The position numbers and the translations under genes were made by a program. A stretch of 64,000 nt of DNA from Naegleria gruberi (Eukaryota), in the NCBI GenBank assembly GCA_000004985.1, contig GG738854.1, one strand, 5' to 3'. Shown piece by piece: positions 1-9,256 of this stretch; the stretch's first letter is position 1; every line of letters begins with the position of its first letter. The notes under the pieces are model-generated. The model worked only from the letters and a program-made list of their open reading frames with translations. It made no database searches and had not been told where the DNA came from.

Positions 1-11
1 TACAACAAGTG

Positions 12-1262
12 ATGAAAAATTACTTGACAATACTATTGGTTTTGATTGCAATTATCATGATGGCTAGTCATCCAATGATGATTCATTGTTTATCATCATC
101 ATCGGAATATTCCTCCTTTATGAATTCTGATAATCATGGAGATGTTTCAATGGTAGAACAATCAGCTCAAGGAAATGCTGCCCTTCAATCAGCCCTAGAC
201 GCCTTGAATTACACTTCAACTTTTACTTATTCGGGAAGAATTACAACATTGGACTTGTTGAATGAGGTGATGAAGAATTCATCCCTAGATAGAAATACTG
301 CTTTGGATTATATTAATAGCTATTATGTTTCTATTAGATTGCCTGTTAGATTTCAAAAATTGACCAATTCAAATGATCTTGTGGAGAGAATTGAAGTTCT
401 GGCTGTGAATAGAATTAGGAATTCATTCTACTTGATGGTGAATAGTTACAACGTAGAGTCATATTTTCTGGGAAAGAACACAACTGTTGGAAAGACAGTT
501 CCATTGTTTACCGATTTGACATCACCATATTTCCCAACTGCTTTTGATGGAAAGACTTTTGTAATGGTTTTCAAACCAAATGGTTGGGCAAACATTTTGA
601 AACAAAGTGATAGTAATGCCACCTCGTCGAGAACTATTCTTCACACTCCACAATTGAAAATGTTCAATCCAACCACCAATTCGAGAAATCATTTCAAAAT
701 TGTTAATATTATGGGAAAGAATGCTTCCCAAGTGATTAATGTTGATTCTGGAAAATGTTTAACATTTAATGATTTTGGATATTTTAACAACTTGATTGCC
801 GACTTTCAAGATTGTGATAGTAATAATAGTAATCAATTATATGTTTGGACTGGTACAACTCTGGTTCCACTCTTCTCTAGAAATGGTAATCAATATTATG
901 CCCTTAAGAGAGATTTCACATTTGGAACTTCATTTATGGAATATTCCAATGATTTCAAATATACAACCATTACTTTACAATTGGTTACACCTGCCAATTA
1001 TGATGTTGTGAGATCACAAAATATTTCTCTAACAGATAGCTCTATTGAGCAATTTTATTCCGACTATTCTCTAGTATTGGACGAAAAATTGGATTCCACA
1101 ATCAAGACATTTGTTTCAAGATCAGTACAGGAAAATACTGATGATAATAGATATCTTAAAGTTATTGGAACAAGGTGGTCAATAGCTCCTTCCTCATTCA
1201 GTAGCAGTTTCATTTATTCTCTTGTATTGTGCTGTTTGGTAATTATTATGCATTTTGTGTAA
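12..1262 (+). CDS. Secreted, N-glycosylated protein with a C-terminal hydrophobic (GPI-anchor-like) tail; function unknown
   Basis: ORF 9..1262 starts at GTG; the first ATG is at 12. N-terminal signal peptide MKNYLTILLVLIAIIMMASHP, many NxS/T sequons, C-terminal hydrophobic stretch SLVLCCLVIIMHFV. Confidence 0.5.
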   Translation: MKNYLTILLVLIAIIMMASHPMMIHCLSSSSEYSSFMNSDNHGDVSMVEQSAQGNAALQSALDALNYTSTFTYSGRITTLDLLNEVMKNSSLDRNTALDYINSYYVSIRLPVRFQKLTNSNDLVERIEVLAVNRIRNSFYLMVNSYNVESYFLGKNTTVGKTVPLFTDLTSPYFPTAFDGKTFVMVFKPNGWANILKQSDSNATSSRTILHTPQLKMFNPTTNSRNHFKIVNIMGKNASQVINVDSGKCLTFNDFGYFNNLIADFQDCDSNNSNQLYVWTGTTLVPLFSRNGNQYYALKRDFTFGTSFMEYSNDFKYTTITLQLVTPANYDVVRSQNISLTDSSIEQFYSDYSLVLDEKLDSTIKTFVSRSVQENTDDNRYLKVIGTRWSIAPSSFSSSFIYSLVLCCLVIIMHFV

Positions 1263-1433
1263 ATAAATAATTCATTATCACTCTTTAATCTGGATTTTAA
1301 TTTGGCAGTACTGTGAACAGTTTTATGATGACGTTTCTTGAATTGATGCTTAAACTCAATTTTTCAATTTTTTCAAGTTGACTGGAAAATGACAGATAAT
1401 TGTTGCATATAATGAACTGGAAAGAACTAAAAA

Positions 1434-2611
1434 ATGATACAACAGCTGGATAGCGACAGCCTTGCAAATATTCTATCCTTCTTTCCAACGAAAGATTGTT
1501 ATTTCGTCTACTTTAGTTTACAACATTCTTGTAAGAATTTATATAGACAGTTATCAACAAGACAATCACCACTAGAGCCTAAAACTATCCAACAATTTCT
1601 TCATTCCGATCAAGAAAAATTCCATCATCCGATAGTCAATTTCCAGAATTTGAAATTTCACTCAAATTATTGGAAAGTGATTCGAATGAGTGTTTTGATA
1701 AATTGGAACAATTCTTTTCAAATATTTTGGATAAAGACACTGAGAATGAAGAGAGCGTTTATTACGTGAATAGAATTTCAACAGAAGAACACAAGTCAAT
1801 TAGACAATATTTAAAGGAATGGATTGAAAAAGTGCCAAATATCGTTAACAATATTTCAATGAATGTTTGTAGATTGACCAAAGAAATCATTCTTCATTTA
1901 CAAATTGTTAAAGAATGTGATGATAGAAAGGGAATTCCAGGAAGAGTTGTCAATATGAAAGATTGTATCAGTTTATGGAATATTCATACAAAAGTGGAGG
2001 GATTGCATTCAAGAGGAAGACCAATTAATGTTGATGAGTATGGATATGTTCCTCACAATTGGAATCCTATTTATGGATATGTTTATCTAGGTGGAGATAT
2101 TGGAATGTTGCTCTTGTATTATTTGGTGAAGAATTGCTTGGTTGAGTGGATGGAAGAACGAGCAACAATTCAATTAGATATGTTATATGATAAGGAAACG
2201 ATGAAAATATTGAAAGAGCAATGGATTCACAGTGATAGAAGGGAAAGAATTGTGGAATACTTTTTTCAATTGATTGTCAAAAAAAGGCCCATTGAAGGAA
2301 TTCAAGTTTCACAAAATGAAGATTTTATCAAGTTTGAATTTGAAACTCTAAATATGGAAAAGAATATTTGGAAAATGAAAAACAATCAAATATCCTTGCC
2401 AAGATTTCCTTCAACTGAACTATCTCTTATTTCACATGTAAGGCCTCAAAATCTGAGGTTTTTCAAGATTCCACTGCTTGGAAGAGTAGATAATTGGTTT
2501 CTTTCGAATATTTGCGCGAATGCATGGTGTTGTCCTTTGAGTGTTTCAGGAATTTGTTGTAGTTGGTGTTTTACTGATTTATGCTGTTACAAAAGGGTAG
2601 GTTTTAATTGA
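1434..2611 (+). CDS. F-box-like N-terminus with polycysteine C-terminal tail; paralog of 40724..42460; reading frame shifts near 1590-1670 (possible pseudogene or indel)
   Basis: ORF 1434..1769 (MIQQLDSDSLANILSFFPTKD, F-box-like) and ORF 1670..2611 are in different frames. Both align to consecutive parts of the 578-aa paralog at 40724. The second frame is open back to about 1583. No plausible GT..AG intron joins them. C-terminus AWCCPLSVSGICCSWCFTDLCCY. Confidence 0.45.
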
Positions 2612-2858
2612 ATCTTATAATTATTGAACATTTGACAGAGTATTGACTTTTCAAAAATTTGGGGATGGCATCACTTTGCTTGCTGTTTGAATTTTCTGTG
2701 TAGATCAGAACACAAAATATGTTTCACACTTAATTTGGATAATTGTTGGATGGTTTGTTTTCCAGAAGGACGAGAAATAATGAGAGAAACCTACACAGAA
2801 GAGGATAAAAGAGATTTATTCTAACATATGGTTTTCATAAATTGAAAGCAACAAAATT

Positions 2859-2948
2859 TGATGCGAGTGGGATTTGAACCCACGCCCTTGCGGAACACGG
2901 TATTAGAATACCTTAACGTGTCGTCTTAGACCACTCGACCATCGCACC
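2859..2948 (-). tRNA. tRNA-Leu (anticodon most likely AAG), class II with long variable arm and a putative 10-nt intron at position 37/38
   Basis: Reverse complement reads GGTGCGATGGTCGAGTGGTCTAAGACG..ACACG TTAAGG[tattctaata]C CGTGT..GTGGGTTCAAATCCCAC TCGCATC A. Acceptor stem 7 bp with one G-U pair, Leu-type D-loop GAGTGGTCTAA, T-loop TTCAAAT, 11-nt variable arm. Confidence 0.7.
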
Positions 2949-3321
2949 ATCGAATATTTCAAACAAAATGGTTAAGACAACAGTTAAAAGAGAATTTCAA
3001 AGAGAAAAGCAAGTTGAAAGAACCATGTTAAGACTACAGTTTGGTTAATGGGTTCGAGGATTTTACAATCAATCTGTTCACTAATGACTTTTCTTGAATG
3101 ATATAGATTATTCTGAATTCTGTTTGATTAATAATAATTAATTTAATTATTGAAAGTAAAATTTTGATGGAACTATCTGTTGCTCAATGATGTCGGTTAG
3201 CACAATTAGGTGCCTTTTCAAAATATTATCGATACTATTCGAAAGGAAAATAATCCATAATATTTGTGTGTGAAAACAACAAGCTCCATCTCTTCTCTTT
3301 GAATTCATTCAAATGATTCAA

Positions 3322-3837
3322 TTATTCTTCATCGTACAAGTGAGAGAATTCAATAACATCATCCAAATCATCCACATCAACCATTCTCTTCTGATAAATA
3401 CCATCTTTTGGATGATTTCTATGCCACTTTTTATGATTTCTTCCTTCAGATCTGAATCTTCCATTTCTAGTCTGTTTTTTGAAAGCTCTTTCTTCATGAT
3501 GAATTGCATTCCATTCCACCTTATTAAATCCCTTCTCAGTATTAAACTTGTGAAAGGAATTCAAAAGAACAGGTTCTGCTCTCTTTATATTCGCTCTCTC
3601 TGCAACCCAATCACATCGTTGATGATTTTCCTTATACTGACGATCATAGAGTTCCAATTCAGCAGTATAATTCCTCTCCAATCGATGAGCTCCGGCAGAA
3701 TATTCCAAATTACTTGATGATTTTTGTTTGTATTTGGAGCAACCTCCGTGATAGGATGTATCACTAGTCTTTGCTACACGAGGTGTTTGCCATTTAACTT
3801 TACCACTTCTAGCCAATGAGCCGTGAATAACTGCCAT
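3322..3837 (-). CDS. Basic 171-aa protein with eS30 (RPS30)-like N-terminal motif; otherwise uncharacterised
   Basis: A 171-aa ORF is long for an AT-rich genome. N-terminus MAVIHGSLARSGKVKWQTPRVAK closely matches the eS30 start [21 protein letters not shown]. A C-terminal IYQKRMVDV resembles eS30 YNRRFVNV. The overlapping plus-strand ORF 3313..3717 is low-complexity and rejected. Confidence 0.45.
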   Translation of the reverse strand: MAVIHGSLARSGKVKWQTPRVAKTSDTSYHGGCSKYKQKSSSNLEYSAGAHRLERNYTAELELYDRQYKENHQRCDWVAERANIKRAEPVLLNSFHKFNTEKGFNKVEWNAIHHEERAFKKQTRNGRFRSEGRNHKKWHRNHPKDGIYQKRMVDVDDLDDVIEFSHLYDEE

Positions 3838-4026
3838 ATTGTTCTTTGTTTAATTGTTGTTTGTTTTTTTTGGTTAAAAATAGAAGAATTCACTTGAAAA
3901 AATATGAAATTTGCTTTTGTTCTATTTTTATAATATTGTAAGGAGTTTTATGTAACCTCATTATTCGGATAGGTTGTTGCATTGATATTTCAGCAGGAAA
4001 TATGTTAAGGTATTGATGTTTCCAAT

Positions 4027-4374
4027 GTGGACAGTTCTTTTGGTGTTGAATATGCTTTAAACGACGACACCTTCTCATCAAACAATGTAGAAGAAAGAGC
4101 TCAATTCATCAAGACACTCACTGCCAAATTGTATTGCATCCAAACAATCACTTTTGAGAAAAAGGAATACTCCCTTGTGGCAATACCTAAAATATCATGT
4201 AGCAAAGTGATAAACAAGGGAACAAAAGAGGATTTTGAAAGGTTTATGGACCACGAGTTCATTACCAATTCACTGCTGAATGATTTGAAACGATATTTCA
4301 AGAGTTATGAATTTGAATTAACAGACAAAGCGAGAATTGACAATCAAAAGAGAAAAGAGTACAAAAGAGAATGA
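4027..4374 (+). CDS. Small hypothetical protein (115 aa); GTG-initiated ORF with no in-frame ATG near the 5' end
   Basis: ORF track only. First in-frame ATG is at residue 74. No recognisable domain. Confidence 0.2.
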   Translation: MDSSFGVEYALNDDTFSSNNVEERAQFIKTLTAKLYCIQTITFEKKEYSLVAIPKISCSKVINKGTKEDFERFMDHEFITNSLLNDLKRYFKSYEFELTDKARIDNQKRKEYKRE

Positions 4375-4667
4375 TGGCCGCTGGCTTGTGCAATTTTACA
4401 AAAACATTCAATTTACTGCAGTAACAATTCCTTAAATAAAACACCATCGTTTCAGAAAAATAATAGAGAACTCTGATAATATTTTCTGATGAAATTCTCC
4501 AAGTGAAATCTCCACAGTTGTCTGAAAGGAATTAGAAAAATTAGCCAATTTTCCAATACTTTAAGGAAATCAAGTTTCAGTGAGAAAATTTGTAAAATAA
4601 AAATGTCTCAACTCCTACATTATCTTTGACATTAGAATAGCCAGTCTGTTTTCTTGTAGCTGTAAAC

Positions 4668-7211
4668 TTATTTTCTTGTTTTCAGTCTCAATTCCAGAGG
4701 GAGAGAATTGACATCAACCTTTGAACAGCCACCAACATGAATTGTTTGCAACTTTGAACATGCTTTGGCAATAGTAACAAGTCCCTTATTAGTAATATCA
4801 CAAAATCTTACATCCAATTCTTCCAAATTAGTTAAAGAACTCAACTCGGTTACCCCCTTGTCATGAATTTGATCCTCTCCTAAATTCATTACATAGAGCT
4901 TTCTCAAAGATTTCACATTTCCAATCATGGCGCAACCAGCATCACCAAAAGCTGTGTTTTGTTTCAAATCCAAAATTTCCAGCTTTGATAAATTAGCCAA
5001 TTTTCCAAGAGAATTTAATGAGTTACCAATGATTGAATCAGCATAAAGATGTTTAAGATTGGAGAAAGTACTGATCGTATTGAAAACGTCTTCGCTCATT
5101 GTCGCCCTACTCAGATTCAAAACTTGAATAGTATGATTATTTTTGAGGCCTAAGAATTCCTCTCCAGATATTGCATAACCCTCAAGTTTCAGAGTGTGTA
5201 ATGTCTGTATTGTGTTAAGTGCTGTAAAGAAAATATATGCATTTGCCTTCTTCTCGTGTCCAAAATGGTTTCTATCAAATTTACAATCCAAAACTTGAAG
5301 ATTTTTCCAATTAGCAACACAATCTCCAACGTCACTAATGAAATTACGACTTTCAATTCTAATAATTTCCAAATTGGGCGTGTGAGTAACAAACTCGCTA
5401 GTTATGAATGTAGTCGGTCCACAATATTCCAAATGTTTCAAAGCATAATTGGTTTCTGCAAAAACTTTTGCAAAATTCTCATCCAAATAGTAAGATCTTG
5501 AATTTGTCATCTTTGTCCTGAGAACACTTCTCCCAAAGCAAATTTTCTCCAGATTGTTAAATTTACGTACGGCCAATGTTATTAAAGACTCAAATGTTTC
5601 AATTCCTTCAATATTGAGCTCGGTTATTTTGGTACAAAGAGAATTGTCAGTTGTAAAGAGTTCTAATTTCTCAACAAGATTGTTCTCAATTTCATTTTCA
5701 TCAGCTAATTGGATAGTTCTCTTAGGGAATGAAAAAAGGTAATGGCTTATTGGATAAACTATTGACATTTGGTGTCTATGTAGACTTTGAATTTGAATGA
5801 GGTGGGATATTTCTTGAAATGAAAGGTTTGTACTTTCAACATGGAGATATTTAAATATAAATCTTGGCTTGTTAGCTTCCTTAAACTTTCCAAAATATGT
5901 TTTGATAAATTTAGAATAATTTAGTATTCCATCAAAACAACATGTTTTTGAAAAGCTGCCACCATAAAACTCTATCACAACCTCCTGAATTTTAAAAGGT
6001 AGATTTGAAAGTAATTGAATTGTAGAAGATCCCATCCTCACAAGATTGGTTGCTCCACTGTGACTTCTACTGCGAGCAGAGTTTGGAGTGCTGACTTCCT
6101 GGTTATTATTTACACACATGTCAACACTCAACTTGGGCCGTCTCTTTGTTGTTCCTGTTGACAGTCTTGGCATGGATAGAGCCTTTTTTGGAGGGGAAGG
6201 AGGTAATTTTACAACTGGATTAAGGTAAATTGATGGAGCCATTTCAAAGCTCTTCTTTTGTTTCTTTGGAGGTGATTCCTTCTTTTTTGGTGATTTCTCG
6301 CTTTTTGGTTTATCTACACTCACACTCTTTGAGTAAATGTAAGCTCTTACTGGAGATGAAGGAGCTTTCCTTATTGCCCTAGATGATGGCTTAACAATTG
6401 ATAATCGAGGTGGTACCTTTTTAGTTTCCTCCATTTTCTTATTGGCATCCATAAAAGCAGTTGCAGTAAATGTTGGTGCTGTTGATGCTGCATTGGCAGA
6501 AAGAGCCTTCCTTCCCAAACTGCTAAACATGGGAGAAGTTGGTGGTGATGCTTGCTGAAGAACCATATCCTCATCATCCATTGAGTGTTTTTTCATATTT
6601 GGAATGGGTGATAATTCCATGCTATCAATGCCAACCCTCTTCTTATTGGCAGTCAAATATCCGAGTGTTGAATTATTATCAGAAGTGGGTGAGTGTCTTT
6701 CATGATGAGAAGGAGGTGATAATGATGATGGTGGTGATGATGAATGGTGCTGTGAAGAGTAGGATGAAGAAATTCTTACTTTAGCCTCACTTGAGGGTAT
6801 ACTTGTTGAATCGGAGAGAACTACAGATGATACTCCCTTATATTTTCTAATGTTTTGAGGTGTTTGTGAAGGATTAGGACCCATGGCCAAATCTACATAT
6901 AAATGTTCCTCTGCTCCATTAAAAGTTGAATTATTATTCTCACTGATCATACTGAAGGAATCTTCTTCCATCAAATCTGAGGGAGTCAATAATAATGTAT
7001 CATCAACATCCATTCTTTTTCTTGTGGGTGAGGAGGGTATCGGAGGAAGAATAATTTGTCTACTCTGTTTCCTCTTTAATGATGATAGAGGTTCAAACAG
7101 AACAACTTCCTCCTCTGAAACTGCTGTCCTCAATAGAAATTCAACTGCTGCATTATTGGGCGTTGATGAGGGTGCAAAATAGCCTGATGAATAACTACTG
7201 GTTTTTTTCAT
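4668..7211 (-). CDS. F-box/LRR protein (cysteine-containing leucine-rich repeats, AMN1/GRR1-like) with long S/P/K-rich disordered N-terminal half
   Basis: 847-aa ORF with ATG at 7211. C-terminal half has LRR_cc-type repeats (LEELDVRFCDITNKGLVTIAKACSKLQTIHVGGCSKVD; LKHLYADSIIGNSL..LEILDLKQN). A possible F-box-like segment LSNLPFKIQEVVIEF precedes them. Confidence 0.6.
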   Translation of the reverse strand: MKKTSSYSSGYFAPSSTPNNAAVEFLLRTAVSEEEVVLFEPLSSLKRKQSRQIILPPIPSSPTRKRMDVDDTLLLTPSDLMEEDSFSMISENNNSTFNGAEEHLYVDLAMGPNPSQTPQNIRKYKGVSSVVLSDSTSIPSSEAKVRISSSYSSQHHSSSPPSSLSPPSHHERHSPTSDNNSTLGYLTANKKRVGIDSMELSPIPNMKKHSMDDEDMVLQQASPPTSPMFSSLGRKALSANAASTAPTFTATAFMDANKKMEETKKVPPRLSIVKPSSRAIRKAPSSPVRAYIYSKSVSVDKPKSEKSPKKKESPPKKQKKSFEMAPSIYLNPVVKLPPSPPKKALSMPRLSTGTTKRRPKLSVDMCVNNNQEVSTPNSARSRSHSGATNLVRMGSSTIQLLSNLPFKIQEVVIEFYGGSFSKTCCFDGILNYSKFIKTYFGKFKEANKPRFIFKYLHVESTNLSFQEISHLIQIQSLHRHQMSIVYPISHYLFSFPKRTIQLADENEIENNLVEKLELFTTDNSLCTKITELNIEGIETFESLITLAVRKFNNLEKICFGRSVLRTKMTNSRSYYLDENFAKVFAETNYALKHLEYCGPTTFITSEFVTHTPNLEIIRIESRNFISDVGDCVANWKNLQVLDCKFDRNHFGHEKKANAYIFFTALNTIQTLHTLKLEGYAISGEEFLGLKNNHTIQVLNLSRATMSEDVFNTISTFSNLKHLYADSIIGNSLNSLGKLANLSKLEILDLKQNTAFGDAGCAMIGNVKSLRKLYVMNLGEDQIHDKGVTELSSLTNLEELDVRFCDITNKGLVTIAKACSKLQTIHVGGCSKVDVNSLPLELRLKTRK

Positions 7212-7329
7212 TGTTATTCCTCTCTCTAGTGTATAATATCTCTTTCAACCTTTATATCCCAGAAAATGATCCTTGTATCTCCTCTAATAATAATAGCAAT
7301 AATATTGAGTGTTGTTTTTGGCTCAAAGT

Positions 7330-7480
7330 TTTGTGAAAGCTACCGCGAGCAATGATTGTCCACTTTTTTAACTATGCACGTTGTGTCTGTTCATATGCGC
7401 GCAAGAGTGAAGAAATGATTCTTTAAGGGTTTGATGAATTTGCGTCGTTAAAAGGGCTCGCTTTTTTAACGAGTGAATTT
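7330..7480. promoter_or_regulatory. GC-rich palindromic motifs inside the AT-rich divergent promoter between the 4668..7211(-) and 7831..9222(+) genes
   Basis: GCTACCGCGAGC; CATATGCGCGCAAGAG containing the 8-bp palindrome TGCGCGCA; imperfect hairpin GTCGTTAAAAGGGCTCGCTTTTTTAACGAG. Confidence 0.3.
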
Positions 7481-7830
7481 TTCATTAAGAAACAATGTAT
7501 GAAGGCGGAAAAAATATATATTAAGGAATGAGTAATAACCTTGTAATATAATTGTTTTGGTTTACAACCATTGTGTTTATAAAAGTTGTAAGCTAACTTA
7601 CTTTTAACAAATTCTGAAAATTTTGATAAATCTGATATTCATCATACCATAAAATTGTAACAAGTGTGAAATTGTATCAAATATATATTATAATAATGTT
7701 TTTCTAATGGATTAGAAATACTGCTAAAACTGAATAGTTCTATTTTTGGAAAACTTCTTGAATTAGAATTCTTCTGAAACCAATCTCGTTCGAAATCCAA
7801 CTTGGTATCTTACCAACTAAAAAAAAACGA

Positions 7831-9222
7831 ATGACTTCAAGTGTACAACCATCTACTCCACCTCTAGGCGCAACAGGAGTTGATGAAACAACACCTCTCT
7901 TTGAGAGTACTCTCCTTATTGAAGATCAGGATAATTTGTTAATGTCTGATCTCAAGAATAATCAAGAAAGTGCCCTATTCGAAACAATTGATAAGGATAA
8001 TATTGACAGCAACTTTACCATTGAAGCGAATACTTCTGGTGGGGTTGATTTTGATGCAAATATATTCAATGATGAAGAATTTGGCAATTTAGCATCTGCC
8101 TTCACAACTGAAACAAAGGAAGAGGAACAAGTGGCAAAAAGTCCAATTCTCATTGAAGTTCCCTCCAATGCAAACTTTTTCAATATGAAAAGCTCACAAG
8201 AATATACCATTGAGGAGGATCAACCATTCCTTGAAACCTTTGAAATGCACCAGGAGAAACTCGAGCAAGAAGAGAAACCTTCTGATGTTGCCCCTTTCAC
8301 AGATGCTTCTGAATCTTCGTTCATGGCTGGAACTTCTAATTTGAATGATAAGATGGATATGGCACCACCAACTAGATTGAAATTCAGTGTTGAAGGATCT
8401 TACACATCCTCATCCACAACAGATCCACTAACCTCATTCACAGCTCCCAGTATTTCAATAATGGAAGCTGATGATAATCCCTTTTCATTAACTTCTCCTC
8501 AGGACTTTTCCTCAAATGTTTCATCGAATGGATCAACAAGTGGATTTTCAAATAATCATTCTGCTAGATCGTCTGACAACTCTCCTCCCTCCAAATCAGT
8601 TAAAACTGAAAACAAGTCAAGTGCAAGTCAGAGATTGGAAAGAGATGATGACTTGTCTGGTTATACTTCAGATGTGTCATCTGAGGAGGGAGAACAGAAA
8701 CTTCCTGGTATTTCCAAAACTCCCTACTTTGAACTTCGAATCACACTTTCACAATTCAACTTTTTCAGAGTTGTGAGAGTACCTCAATTGGTAAATCTCA
8801 ACGATTTGTATATTATTTCAATGGAAGCACTGGATTGGGATGATGATAAGTATAGAGAACATCCACATTATTTCAGAGATGAAGGTGGAAGAATCTTCGC
8901 CAGCTCAATACGTACATTATCTAACATTCCACCTGAAGAAGAGGACAATGTTAAAGATGAAAAGACCTATCTTTTAAATCAGGTGCTCAAGCATGAAAGA
9001 AGTACTCTCACGTTGTACTATTCCAGTAAGAAGGAGTGGATTGTCACTATTGCCCTTCAAGAAATATTCGATGAGAAGCCACCCAAAGACAAATACTCAC
9101 AAGCGGTTTACTGTGTTTCTGGGCGAGGAGGGGGCATTAGTGAAGTAGACTCATCCAAGGAAGGTAAATTTGATAAATCCAGTGTAAACAAACGTCTACA
9201 AGAAATCAAACCCACCGAATAA
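7831..9222 (+). CDS. Acidic, serine-rich hypothetical protein (463 aa)
   Basis: ATG at 7831 with A-rich context. Long non-repetitive ORF. No recognisable domain. Confidence 0.5.
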   Translation: MTSSVQPSTPPLGATGVDETTPLFESTLLIEDQDNLLMSDLKNNQESALFETIDKDNIDSNFTIEANTSGGVDFDANIFNDEEFGNLASAFTTETKEEEQVAKSPILIEVPSNANFFNMKSSQEYTIEEDQPFLETFEMHQEKLEQEEKPSDVAPFTDASESSFMAGTSNLNDKMDMAPPTRLKFSVEGSYTSSSTTDPLTSFTAPSISIMEADDNPFSLTSPQDFSSNVSSNGSTSGFSNNHSARSSDNSPPSKSVKTENKSSASQRLERDDDLSGYTSDVSSEEGEQKLPGISKTPYFELRITLSQFNFFRVVRVPQLVNLNDLYIISMEALDWDDDKYREHPHYFRDEGGRIFASSIRTLSNIPPEEEDNVKDEKTYLLNQVLKHERSTLTLYYSSKKEWIVTIALQEIFDEKPPKDKYSQAVYCVSGRGGGISEVDSSKEGKFDKSSVNKRLQEIKPTE

Positions 9223-9256
9223 ATTAAATCATCCAATTTAATAATCGAGTAAAAAA

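Noticed and set aside
3313-3717. Plus-strand 134-aa ORF overlapping the minus-strand 171-aa ORF
   Set aside because: Low-complexity, hydrophobic/Ser-rich translation typical of the antisense frame of a real gene. The minus ORF has a conserved eS30-like motif.
5189-7336. Numerous 60-100-aa ORFs on both strands inside the 4668..7211 gene (5189..5392, 5256..5501, 5554..5742, 6371..6577, 6539..6784, 6883..7182, 7079..7336)
   Set aside because: Nested or antisense to a long coherent 847-aa LRR ORF. Compositionally biased. No start context.
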